Below, one piece after another: positions 49,215 through 57,105 of a DNA stretch of 64,000 nucleotides. The notes under the pieces were generated by a model. It ran no database searches and was not told the origin of the DNA. It saw nothing but the letters and a program-made list of their open reading frames with translations. Every line of letters starts with the position of its first letter. Within the stretch, counting starts at the first letter, position 1. Position numbers and translations under genes: made by a program. The DNA comes from a virus. Its lineage: Duplodnaviria; Caudoviricetes. The DNA lies in IMG/VR virus record IMGVR_UViG_2894640787_000005, positions 1,023 through 65,022 of that record. One strand, written 5' to 3'.

Positions 49215-49712
49215 TTATTGCTGGAATTGAACCGGGCCTACCCCTGATTTGGTTGGCTGCAAGGCCTTGATTGATACATCAAAGCCGAAAACATCCTCCT
49301 TGGTAAAATCACCATTGAGTTTTACCGTCACCTGAGCGCGTGGGAAAATTACCGACATACCCTTGGTTGGGGTAATTTTGACAGTTTGTTCAATGGCCAC
49401 GACTGATGCAGGCATATTCCAGACCCGGTTTGGCGAGGTGCCCGTTGCAGTCCCTCCAAACAGGGCAATAGCCGTGTCGATATCCGGGTTCAGAATTGTC
49501 CAAACAAATGTTGTACTCCCGGCTGTTGTGATTGATTCCACTGGAGTATCCGACTCCTCGGCCATGATATCGGTGGTAGTACCGTCGTCCTGCTGAATCT
49601 TTGCCGTTCCTTTTTTTGTCAGCCCCAAGGTAGCCAACGTAGTACCAGGTCCACCATCCACATTGATGGCCCCCAGCGCAATGGATACAATACCTCTTGT
49701 TATAAGTGCCAT
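49215..49712 (-). CDS. Major tail (tube) protein
   Basis: 165 aa; LGLTKKGTAKIQQDD...VKITPTKG...IFPRAQV pattern; position after tail terminator. Confidence 0.8.
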   Translation of the reverse strand: MALITRGIVSIALGAINVDGGPGTTLATLGLTKKGTAKIQQDDGTTTDIMAEESDTPVESITTAGSTTFVWTILNPDIDTAIALFGGTATGTSPNRVWNMPASVVAIEQTVKITPTKGMSVIFPRAQVTVKLNGDFTKEDVFGFDVSIKALQPTKSGVGPVQFQQ

Positions 49713-49726
49713 CTTGATAGGCGTTT

Positions 49727-50143
49727 TTAAACCGTTGGAAAAAATTGAAAGTCAACGCGCAGGTTGACGTAGTGTTGCTTTAATTCAGGGACGGCCATGG
49801 GGTTGCTTGTCAGAGCTAATTCAAAGCCATACCAGTCTTCATCATGACTGGCTAGTAATGCAGTCGCTAAGTCTAGTAGCGTGGCAATCCGCTCAGAATT
49901 GGGAAAGAACTGCCATTCATTATTTACCAGTAGCCTTAGGTCTGGCACATACAGATTGACATTGCACGTGCCTTGCTGAATCTGATTACCATTGACAGGC
50001 AACGGATTAATTACCAAATCTTCTAGTACTGAATTATTTGGCCTGCATCCCGATTTGTATACAGTTCCCGAAACAGCGATCTCTAAGGCGGATCCTGAAA
50101 TATGTTGATACAGGATGGATTCCTCGTGAGACGGATTTTTCAT
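49727..50143 (-). CDS. Tail completion/terminator protein
   Basis: Likely start MKNPSHEE overlapping upstream stop (ATGA); EDLVINPL...CNVNLYVPD...HYVNLRVDF. Confidence 0.7.
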   Translation of the reverse strand: MKNPSHEESILYQHISGSALEIAVSGTVYKSGCRPNNSVLEDLVINPLPVNGNQIQQGTCNVNLYVPDLRLLVNNEWQFFPNSERIATLLDLATALLASHDEDWYGFELALTSNPMAVPELKQHYVNLRVDFQFFPTV

Positions 50144-50628
50144 GCGCTTTTGTTCACATCTATCTGCAATTGCCTTAGCAGATTCGGCAATTCGGATTTG
50201 GCCAATTGCTCTGCTGTCGTCAGCACATCCAAACCTCTGGATTCTACCGCCAAGGCGTAATTCATACCTGCGACAACGATTAGACCCCAACCCTCACTTG
50301 CGAAATCATTGATAAGCTGATTTGCCAGTTCCTTGGCTACCTGAGTACCTGTTTTACCAGATTCAAACCGTCCCGTTTTTGGATTTCGATTCGTAACCGA
50401 TTGCTGAAAATTGCTTTTAAGAATCTCGCCATTTCGCACAATCACGTACCCAATCGAATTCCGGAGATTTCCTGTCTGATCCCTGTACGTATCGACAGTT
50501 CGGGCATGATTCACGCACTGTTCACCTAAGTAAGACAGAACCCGAATAGCGCCCTGTGTTAATTTCCGCACGGCCTTTTCCGCCTGCTGGCGAAATACCT
50601 CCCGAAAATTCGTACTAGGATTCAGCAT
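50140..50628 (-). CDS. HK97 gp10-like neck protein
   Basis: TYRDQTGNLRNSIGYVIV...LIVVAGMNYALAVESRGLDVL. Confidence 0.8.
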   Translation of the reverse strand: MLNPSTNFREVFRQQAEKAVRKLTQGAIRVLSYLGEQCVNHARTVDTYRDQTGNLRNSIGYVIVRNGEILKSNFQQSVTNRNPKTGRFESGKTGTQVAKELANQLINDFASEGWGLIVVAGMNYALAVESRGLDVLTTAEQLAKSELPNLLRQLQIDVNKSA

Positions 50629-50629
50629 G

Positions 50630-50956
50630 TTAAATCCAGATCCGACAGTGCAATTGATCCCGCGAAAACCGCTTCACCTCTCCTTTTACCCGAATCGTGG
50701 ACTGATCCATCGCCATTACCCGAATGGGTGTATTCACAGCGATATCTGGGCAGGATTTAGGCAACTGAATAAGCGACTCATACACGACCGTCGATGAATC
50801 TGTCAGCTGTACCCGATTCCCCCCCGAATTGGCCTCATCCCGACAGGGGGAAGCGATAGTCCAGGTAATCCCACTTTCCTGAAAATTACCATTCGCATCA
50901 GCTGTAGCTGGCGCAGTGGAGGGAATCATCAGAAAGTAGGGATACTGACTCACCAT
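50630..50956 (-). CDS. Head closure protein
   Basis: 108 aa; MVSQYPYFL...CRDEAN...RFSRDQLHCRIWI, syntenic position. Confidence 0.7.
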   Translation of the reverse strand: MVSQYPYFLMIPSTAPATADANGNFQESGITWTIASPCRDEANSGGNRVQLTDSSTVVYESLIQLPKSCPDIAVNTPIRVMAMDQSTIRVKGEVKRFSRDQLHCRIWI

Positions 50957-51273
50957 CGATTCGACGCTTCTGACACCGTAGGTTGACTATTTCCGGGAAT
51001 GGCAATGCCATAACGGGTATAGATCGAGTTGCGATACTCCGTGGCAGCCTCCTTGCTCCACTCCATCGAATAGCCGCCCTCCGTAACCTTGCTTGGAATA
51101 AATGGCAACACTTCAGTAATGGCGTAGGCAATGGCTAACTCGGCTTTTTCAGACGTATCCGGCGAAGTACTATCAAGCCCCACTTTGGCGAGGACATAAT
51201 TATATTCGATTTGGGATAGCGTCTGATTGAGCCGGGCTAACTTCACCGTTATCAACTCCTGAATTGTTGCCAT
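50950..51273 (-). CDS. Head-tail adaptor (DUF6706-like)
   Basis: SKVTEGGYSMEWS...IYTRYGI...SNRW motif, syntenic position. Confidence 0.7.
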   Translation of the reverse strand: MATIQELITVKLARLNQTLSQIEYNYVLAKVGLDSTSPDTSEKAELAIAYAITEVLPFIPSKVTEGGYSMEWSKEAATEYRNSIYTRYGIAIPGNSQPTVSEASNRW

Positions 51274-51296
51274 TTTTCAACGTCGGTTGGGCGCTA

Positions 51297-51488
51297 CTAC
51301 TTAGGCGGTTCGGTTTCGGCTTTCACCACTTCGACATGCCCGTTTTCGACTAACTTATCTAAACGTTCTTTGTCAAAGTGAGATACATCATCACCGACTT
51401 CGTGGACTTTGTCGAAGTTGTCAATATCATGAAACTCCTTAATGACTACGTGCGTGGGCTTCTTAGCCTCTTCCTGTTGCTTTGCCAT
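51297..51488 (-). CDS. Small phage head-associated protein
   Basis: 63 aa immediately after capsid gene. Confidence 0.65.
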   Translation of the reverse strand: MAKQQEEAKKPTHVVIKEFHDIDNFDKVHEVGDDVSHFDKERLDKLVENGHVEVVKAETEPPK

Positions 51489-51490
51489 GA

Positions 51491-52579
51491 TTAGGATTGG
51501 ACAGTAGTAGTGTCGATTGAATAAATCTCATCAGCGGCTCCAATCACCGGCAGAGCACGGCCCTGAATCGTGGTAAATTCAGCGATAGACGGACGGTTTT
51601 GGCGAAACATGGAACCCAGTGCCCAGGGTACTGGCTTGGAATAAACTACCCCAGAAACCGGGCTGTCTTCTTCAGCTAAAAAGGTGTACTCAATAGCACC
51701 TAGCTCCTCGGTGCATATCGCCATAACCATGCCCTGTTGATAGGGCTTGACGATGGTTTGTACCCCGTTGCGTTCCCTGCGAACTGCGCGGTCAATCAGT
51801 TCGACCGTGAAGCCATACCGACCCAGTAACAATGCATTCGCATTTTCTTTATCCAGGTTGGTGCGAAGCGTGCCCGTGTATCCGACTTTAAACGCGTAGT
51901 AATCCCGAAATTGCGTCGTGGCAATCATATTGCCGAAGGTGGTGCTGTCCATGAAAATAGTCTGGATTACCTTGCCGTCTGTTTTGGCCTTAGCCACCAT
52001 TCGATCCAGGTCGTCCATGGGCTTCGCCGTTGATGCACTGCTCCACAATATTCCCACACCAAATTTATTGGCAGAGAGGTAGCCAAAGTCGACCTGAAAG
52101 CCAGTGCCTACATTGTCAATGTCATCAACAATCACCTTGCCCGTCGAGAAGCCCTCTAAAAACAGGGCCTCCATCAACTCATAAGCCGCATCAACCGTGC
52201 GCTCGGCATCATTAAAGATCTTTTTAATGATGGCTTTTGTATTGTCGCCCGGTGCTCGTTGCAGAATGCCAATCTGGGTTAGCTGGCGCTCGTTCAGGCT
52301 CATTTCAATACCAAACTTGGGAATGTCGCCCGACGCATTGCTCGTGCTATCGCGCTTCACTTTGGGCAGCGATGAGTCCATGGCAACTACAAACGCCATA
52401 ACGCGCGTGTAGGTAGCCAACAGTGTTTCCCAACGCCCGGTCACCGATTGGTTTTCAGCTAGAAAGCGTTGAAATAAATACGTTAAGCCGTTTTGCGATC
52501 CGTTCAGTAGCTCCACGCGGTTCAACTGCGTGGCGGCAAACCATTTCTGAGCAAGGGCTAAAAACTGTGATGGCTCCAT
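51491..52579 (-). CDS. Major capsid protein (capsid E/HK97-fold family)
   Basis: 362 aa after decoration gene; AFVVAMDSSLPK..RD...GDIPKFG...; TTIQGRALPV C-terminus. Confidence 0.85.
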   Translation of the reverse strand: MEPSQFLALAQKWFAATQLNRVELLNGSQNGLTYLFQRFLAENQSVTGRWETLLATYTRVMAFVVAMDSSLPKVKRDSTSNASGDIPKFGIEMSLNERQLTQIGILQRAPGDNTKAIIKKIFNDAERTVDAAYELMEALFLEGFSTGKVIVDDIDNVGTGFQVDFGYLSANKFGVGILWSSASTAKPMDDLDRMVAKAKTDGKVIQTIFMDSTTFGNMIATTQFRDYYAFKVGYTGTLRTNLDKENANALLLGRYGFTVELIDRAVRRERNGVQTIVKPYQQGMVMAICTEELGAIEYTFLAEEDSPVSGVVYSKPVPWALGSMFRQNRPSIAEFTTIQGRALPVIGAADEIYSIDTTTVQS

Positions 52580-52588
52580 TTTAGTCGT

Positions 52589-52990
52589 TTAGTCTTGCGT
52601 GAAAATGATGTTGGGTAGAGCTGCCTTGAAAGCGGCTTCCAGGCCACTGGGATCAAATGGCGAACTGACGCGGTTTACGGTTCCCCGTAGCATTATCCCC
52701 GCAAACGGACGAGCCGTGAGGATAGTAGAAATGAGAACACCTGCGTATTCATGGCCCGAAGGCAGGGCTGCATAGGCAGTAGCACCCCCATTTAGAGGCA
52801 TCGGTTTATAATCCTTGGGGTCGGATGTTGCACGGATAATAAGATGTCCGGCCTTGATAGTTGTGGGCGTAAACCCTGTTGTATCAAGCGTGCGACCGCC
52901 CCGAACCGACTGAAAGTTATCAATGATTGTCACTGAGTCCAGTGTTGAATCAATGGTAACCCCCGCATTATTCAGACTTGGGTAGATCAT
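52589..52990 (-). CDS. Head decoration protein
   Basis: GGRTLDTTGF...IKAGHLII...YKPMPL...YAGVL...PFAGIMLRGTVN. Confidence 0.75.
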   Translation of the reverse strand: MIYPSLNNAGVTIDSTLDSVTIIDNFQSVRGGRTLDTTGFTPTTIKAGHLIIRATSDPKDYKPMPLNGGATAYAALPSGHEYAGVLISTILTARPFAGIMLRGTVNRVSSPFDPSGLEAAFKAALPNIIFTQD

Positions 52991-52995
52991 TTTAT

Positions 52996-53622
52996 TTATT
53001 TGGGTTTACCAAAAATGGCTTGGACCTCCTCCTTGGAGGCCGTTTTTGGGGTATTCCCACTCGACTTAACTGGTGGCTTTGTTTGACCTAGGCTTGCATT
53101 AGCCTCCGTCTGAACAAATTCCGCTGCGTCCGTTTCGACCTCTTCCAAATAGGAATTGAATTCCTCATCGTCTTTAAACTGCATCCGATTGAAGGCTTTC
53201 AATGTCGTATTCTTAAAAGCATCTGTAGCGTCCTTCAGCTTGGCTTCTAGTTGCGATTTGCGGGTATCAAGCGTCTTACCCTGCTCTATAGCTTCAAGCC
53301 GTTTATCGTTTTTCTCGATATAGGACTTAAACCAGCCGGGCATATCATCCTGAGCAGAGTCTTTTGTTTTGTCGTTGTCTGAGCCCGCTGAATTTTCCTT
53401 TTGCTGCTTTTCCTTTTCTTTCGACGCATCGGTAGCTATCCGGTCGTCATTTTTCTGAATATCAGCAAAGGGAAACATCTCATTAGCCTCATCCAACTTC
53501 AAGTCAATTGCATCATCGTCAGCCTCATCATCAACCTTAAGCTTGATGGACGCTAGGCGTGCCTTCGATAAGTTCAACTTCGGAAATTTGACCTTAAAGC
53601 GGGCGATTTCTTTGTCTGTCAT
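52996..53622 (-). CDS. Capsid scaffolding protein
   Basis: Highly charged; DMPGWFKSY motif; likely start MTDKE at 53622 because the -7 element lies inside the longer ORF call. Confidence 0.75.
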   Translation of the reverse strand: MTDKEIARFKVKFPKLNLSKARLASIKLKVDDEADDDAIDLKLDEANEMFPFADIQKNDDRIATDASKEKEKQQKENSAGSDNDKTKDSAQDDMPGWFKSYIEKNDKRLEAIEQGKTLDTRKSQLEAKLKDATDAFKNTTLKAFNRMQFKDDEEFNSYLEEVETDAAEFVQTEANASLGQTKPPVKSSGNTPKTASKEEVQAIFGKPK

Positions 53623-53651
53623 GGTCGGGTAAAACGATTGGATTTTCCTGA

Positions 53652-53691
53652 CAAATATATTCAAACTGCTTATATTGCAAGCAGTTTATAA
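53652..53691 (-). promoter_or_regulatory. Head-operon promoter overlapped by AAACTGCTT-N7-AAGCAGTTT operator
   Basis: Minus strand TTG-N18-TATATTTG; 53667-53691 is the exact reverse complement of 25655-25679. Confidence 0.7.
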
Positions 53692-53921
53692 CAAATCTTA
53701 CGTAAGATAATTTACTTACAATCAGCTAGTTATAAACAAAATTCAACAGATTTTCCAGCTAAAACTAGAGTCATTTTTGGCAGGTTTTAATTCTGAAAAT
53801 TGCCTTTAACTAGCTGATTGCGATGCGCTTATAAACTATAAATAATGCAAGAAATAATGCAGGAAATACTGCACGTTTTAATGCAGAAAATGAAGCAGAT
53901 TTTACCTTAAACAATTCTGAC

Positions 53922-54209
53922 ATGAATGATTTATCGACCGCCTTTTTTACGCAGCTGTTTCAGCGTCTTCAGAAGAAAACGCCCAAGTTTTTCAATATTC
54001 TGACTGTAATCCTGGGTGCATTAGCGGCACTCACGGCCAGTGAAGAGGCTTACGAAAAGAGCCTGACCGAAGTCCCGGAGTGGCTTCACATTACGGGCTA
54101 CATTTTGAAAGCCGCTTTCTTTCTGTCGGGCATCATCACCGCGCAGGCCGCGATTAAGACACCCTCCACTCCTCCCCTAGGAGATGATCAACTGCCGAAG
54201 AAATCATGA
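53922..54209 (+). CDS. Holin-like membrane protein
   Basis: 95 aa, two TM helices, QRLQKKTPKFF N-terminus resembling Bacteroidota phage holins. Confidence 0.55.
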   Translation: MNDLSTAFFTQLFQRLQKKTPKFFNILTVILGALAALTASEEAYEKSLTEVPEWLHITGYILKAAFFLSGIITAQAAIKTPSTPPLGDDQLPKKS

Positions 54210-54811
54210 TCTGGAAATGGATTGTTGGGCCGGCAATTTTGGCAGGCATCGGCTACCTGCTCTTTACCTACGTTCCCGGATTCAAATTCTGGGAAAAACA
54301 ACGAGCCCAGGAGAATACCGCTCGGGATAGCCTGCAACGAGTCACAATGGCTAATGCGAAACTGGCCAAAGACTTTGCCGACTTCAAAGCGCAGATTGAA
54401 CAGGACAAAAAAAGCAGCGATGACCGCTCAGCCTCGGTATTGCCCAATATCAAGGTCGATGTGGCTGGCCTCACTGCCTTGGCTCAACGAACCGCCAATC
54501 TGGAAAACCTCATCCGGTCGAACCTGCTAACACCTGCGGATACGGCAAAAGCAACACCTGTTGTCAGCTACAACGAACCCGCGAATCAGGCCATTACCAT
54601 CAAGCTGCGCCTGTTTGATAGCCTTCAAACCAAGCAGATCTACACTGAACGAGCGTGGTCCTCATTGAATCAAGCCTACCGGATTCGGGGGGATACAATG
54701 GGAAAAGCAAGGGCCTGGGCTAATGAAGGCAAAGCCATAGCGAAGAAAAAAGGCCTTTTTACTGGCCGTAATAAGGAGCTGCGCGAACACAGCCTTCACC
54801 CTCCATTCTAA
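54206..54811 (+). CDS. Rz/i-spanin-like membrane-anchored coiled-coil protein
   Basis: N-terminal TM, coiled coil, overlaps the holin-like gene; function inferred from architecture. Confidence 0.5.
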   Translation: MIWKWIVGPAILAGIGYLLFTYVPGFKFWEKQRAQENTARDSLQRVTMANAKLAKDFADFKAQIEQDKKSSDDRSASVLPNIKVDVAGLTALAQRTANLENLIRSNLLTPADTAKATPVVSYNEPANQAITIKLRLFDSLQTKQIYTERAWSSLNQAYRIRGDTMGKARAWANEGKAIAKKKGLFTGRNKELREHSLHPPF

Positions 54812-54848
54812 ACCTAAGAGCATTTACGGCACGCGTTGAGAGTGAGTA

Positions 54849-54960
54849 TTGACACTCCCCCGGCTAAAGCGCGGGAGATTCTTGCTTCAACGTCGAACTA
54901 CTGTCCAACTCCACAAGCTGAGTGACGGTATGCCCTACCGCCCTTAATTTTATATTCCTA
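54849..54960 (-). ncRNA. IS605 right end / TnpB omegaRNA scaffold (5' boundary uncertain)
   Basis: GAATCTCCCGCGCTTTAGCCGGGGGAGTGTCAA overlapping the tnpB 3' end; predicted guide TACTCACTCTCAACGCGTG follows. Confidence 0.7.
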
Positions 54961-56000
54961 GCCGCATTAACATCTCTGTCATGGGTAGTGCCGCAACCGG
55001 GACAAACCCACTCACGCACCGCTAACGTTAGCTCCGTATTCCGGTAGCCGCAAGCTGAACAGTCCTGCGAGGTGTGACGGGCAGAAACTTTCTCAAACTT
55101 ACGCCCGTACCACTTCGCTTTATACTCAAGCATTTGGGTTAACCCATACCAACCCGCGTCCGAAATGGACTTAGCCAGATGGTGATTAGCTAATATATTC
55201 TTAATCTGCAACGATTCAACGGCTATCGCTTGGTTCTCACGAATCAGCCGCGTCGTTAGTTTATGGTGAAAGTCGAATCTTGTGTTGGCTACTTTCTGAT
55301 GCTGACGCGCCAACTTTTTGACTGCCTTCTTTCGGTTGGTACTCCCTTTCTTTTTGCGGCTCACCAACCTCTGCAATCGTTTTAACTTTTTCTCCGCTTT
55401 ATACAGGTGTTTTGGATTTTCAATCGTTTCACCCGCTGAGGTGACCAACAGGCTTTTGATACCTACGTCAATACCGATACTGTTTTGAACGGTCGGCAAC
55501 GGCTCTATATCCGTTTCTACGCACAGGCATACATACCACCCATCGGCACATTCCCGAACCGTAGCCCGTTTGATTGTACCTGTACAGGCTTGAGAGTTGC
55601 GATACTTGACTTTGCCCAATTTAGGCAGTTGCACATGGGTAGCTGACAGTTTAACGCCCTGCTTGAAGGAAAACGATTGATACTGACCTTTCCGGGCGAA
55701 TTTAGGGAATCCTTTACCCTGCTTGAAAAAGCCTTCGTAGGCATTGAAAACCCGGTCGGTCACTTCCTGCAAGGTCTGACTATTAACGCAGCCCAACCAA
55801 GGGGTTTGTTTGGCAATGGCTGATAGTTCTTTCTGAATCTCATACTTACCAATACTAATCTTGTTTTGCTCCCACAGGGTCTTTTTGTAGGACAAACTCA
55901 GATTATAGACGTACCGACAAGCGCCCAACCATTGCACCAACGACCGTTGTTGGGATGGGGAGGGGTTGAGTTTATAGCGATATGTTTTGGTCTGAATCAC
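54864..56000 (-). CDS. tnpB: TnpB RNA-guided nuclease (IS200/IS605 family), no tnpA adjacent
   Basis: HTH_OrfB N-terminus; RuvC GIDVG (D), VESL (E), DRDVNAARNI (D); CSACG/CPGCG zinc finger all intact. Confidence 0.95.
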   Translation of the reverse strand: MIQTKTYRYKLNPSPSQQRSLVQWLGACRYVYNLSLSYKKTLWEQNKISIGKYEIQKELSAIAKQTPWLGCVNSQTLQEVTDRVFNAYEGFFKQGKGFPKFARKGQYQSFSFKQGVKLSATHVQLPKLGKVKYRNSQACTGTIKRATVRECADGWYVCLCVETDIEPLPTVQNSIGIDVGIKSLLVTSAGETIENPKHLYKAEKKLKRLQRLVSRKKKGSTNRKKAVKKLARQHQKVANTRFDFHHKLTTRLIRENQAIAVESLQIKNILANHHLAKSISDAGWYGLTQMLEYKAKWYGRKFEKVSARHTSQDCSACGYRNTELTLAVREWVCPGCGTTHDRDVNAARNIKLRAVGHTVTQLVELDSSSTLKQESPAL

Positions 56001-56214
56001 AAGTAAATTTATAACATAATATACTTAAAATCAATAAATTAACTAGAATTTTAATTACAACTAAACATACGTACCAGCCTCATTTTAGTAGCCAAAGTGA
56101 ATGAAGCTTTACGCCCGAAATTCGTAATGACTTTCTTAATCTGGTACCTCTTTCCATACCTCAGTTGTTGCGTCCAAATTAGGCGTAGTCCTATTAAGTT
56201 TATGGTGATTGAGT

Positions 56215-56251
56215 AAGCTGGATTACACGACATAACCGTGTAATCCAGCTT
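56215..56251. terminator. Perfect 15-bp hairpin between antirepressor 2 and tnpB
   Basis: aagctggattacacg-acataac-cgtgtaatccagctt. Confidence 0.55.
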
Positions 56252-56341
56252 AACCTATTTTAGCTATAGCCCACCTTGGCAGTAAAGCAATTAGCTGATT
56301 CATTAGGCTTTGCCAAGAGTCTTCTGCCTATACGATAGCGC

Positions 56342-57103
56342 CTACTCCTCGACGTACTTCAGCTCCGCCATTATGAGCCCGTACATTTTGTCCAGATGAC
56401 CGTAGCGTTCAATAGCATCCAAAAGTGACTCTCCGTTTAGACGGATTAGTCGGTATACGTTAATGCTCCACACCTCATTAAGCCGCCTATATAGATAATT
56501 GTACGTATCGCCCTGTTCGGCTCCGTGATACCCGCAGTACTCATTCACCCGATGCTTCACCGCCTGCCGTAAATCCGAAGCCGGGCGTTTTGGCGAAGGA
56601 CTGTTAAGCTGGGGAGTCCTTTTCAAGTGAGGAGGGGCCGAGGGCTTGGGCAAACGAACGGTACCCCGTATACTTTCTACGTCGGCGCGGAGTTGAGCTA
56701 TCATATTGCCCTGCTCCACTAACAAGTGGGCTTGTTGCAGTAAGACCTGTTCCACTGACAATGAAAAGGGCTGTTTTTGAACTTTCCGTTCACACTCCAA
56801 AAAGTACCGCCGTGCCTCTTCGCCTTTCTCCGTTCGGGCAAGCATGGATAGCCGTTTGGCGAAATCTACCGAAATTGCATAATCGACGGTTGGCCGACCA
56901 CCTTCGGAGGTTTTCGACTTAATGTCGAGTTCAATTTGCTCCCAGTCTTCCCCTTCTTTGGCGTAGGGGTTGTTGATGATATTCTTTTTCGACCAACGCG
57001 ACCACTGCGACCCATCGAAACCGAGAAACTCGTATAGTTCACGAGCCGAGGCAACCACCGCCGAACCTTGTTCATTGGTGGTAAGTTGAATTAGCTCGTT
57101 CAT
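56342..57103 (-). CDS. AntA/AntB family antirepressor (copy 2)
   Basis: SARELYEFL...DYAISVDFAKRLSM...GEEARRYFLECE; C-terminal roughly 115 aa nearly identical to copy 1. Confidence 0.9.
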   Translation of the reverse strand: MNELIQLTTNEQGSAVVASARELYEFLGFDGSQWSRWSKKNIINNPYAKEGEDWEQIELDIKSKTSEGGRPTVDYAISVDFAKRLSMLARTEKGEEARRYFLECERKVQKQPFSLSVEQVLLQQAHLLVEQGNMIAQLRADVESIRGTVRLPKPSAPPHLKRTPQLNSPSPKRPASDLRQAVKHRVNEYCGYHGAEQGDTYNYLYRRLNEVWSINVYRLIRLNGESLLDAIERYGHLDKMYGLIMAELKYVEE

Positions 57104-57105
57104 AC

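Noticed and set aside
49727-50290. Extended starts in the ORF track (also 25781..26458, 52996..53664, 57106..57837, 57767..58195, 10497..11558)
   Set aside because: The extensions overlap upstream genes or promoter elements; shorter starts were used
54222-54530. Nested Rz1/o-spanin inside the Rz-like gene
   Set aside because: The alternative-frame ORF lacks a convincing lipoprotein signal and lipobox
56008-56040. dif/Xer-like site upstream of tnpB (GTATATTATGTTA on minus strand)
   Set aside because: Only the XerD-like arm and spacer match; the XerC arm does not, and an AT-rich promoter explains the sequence
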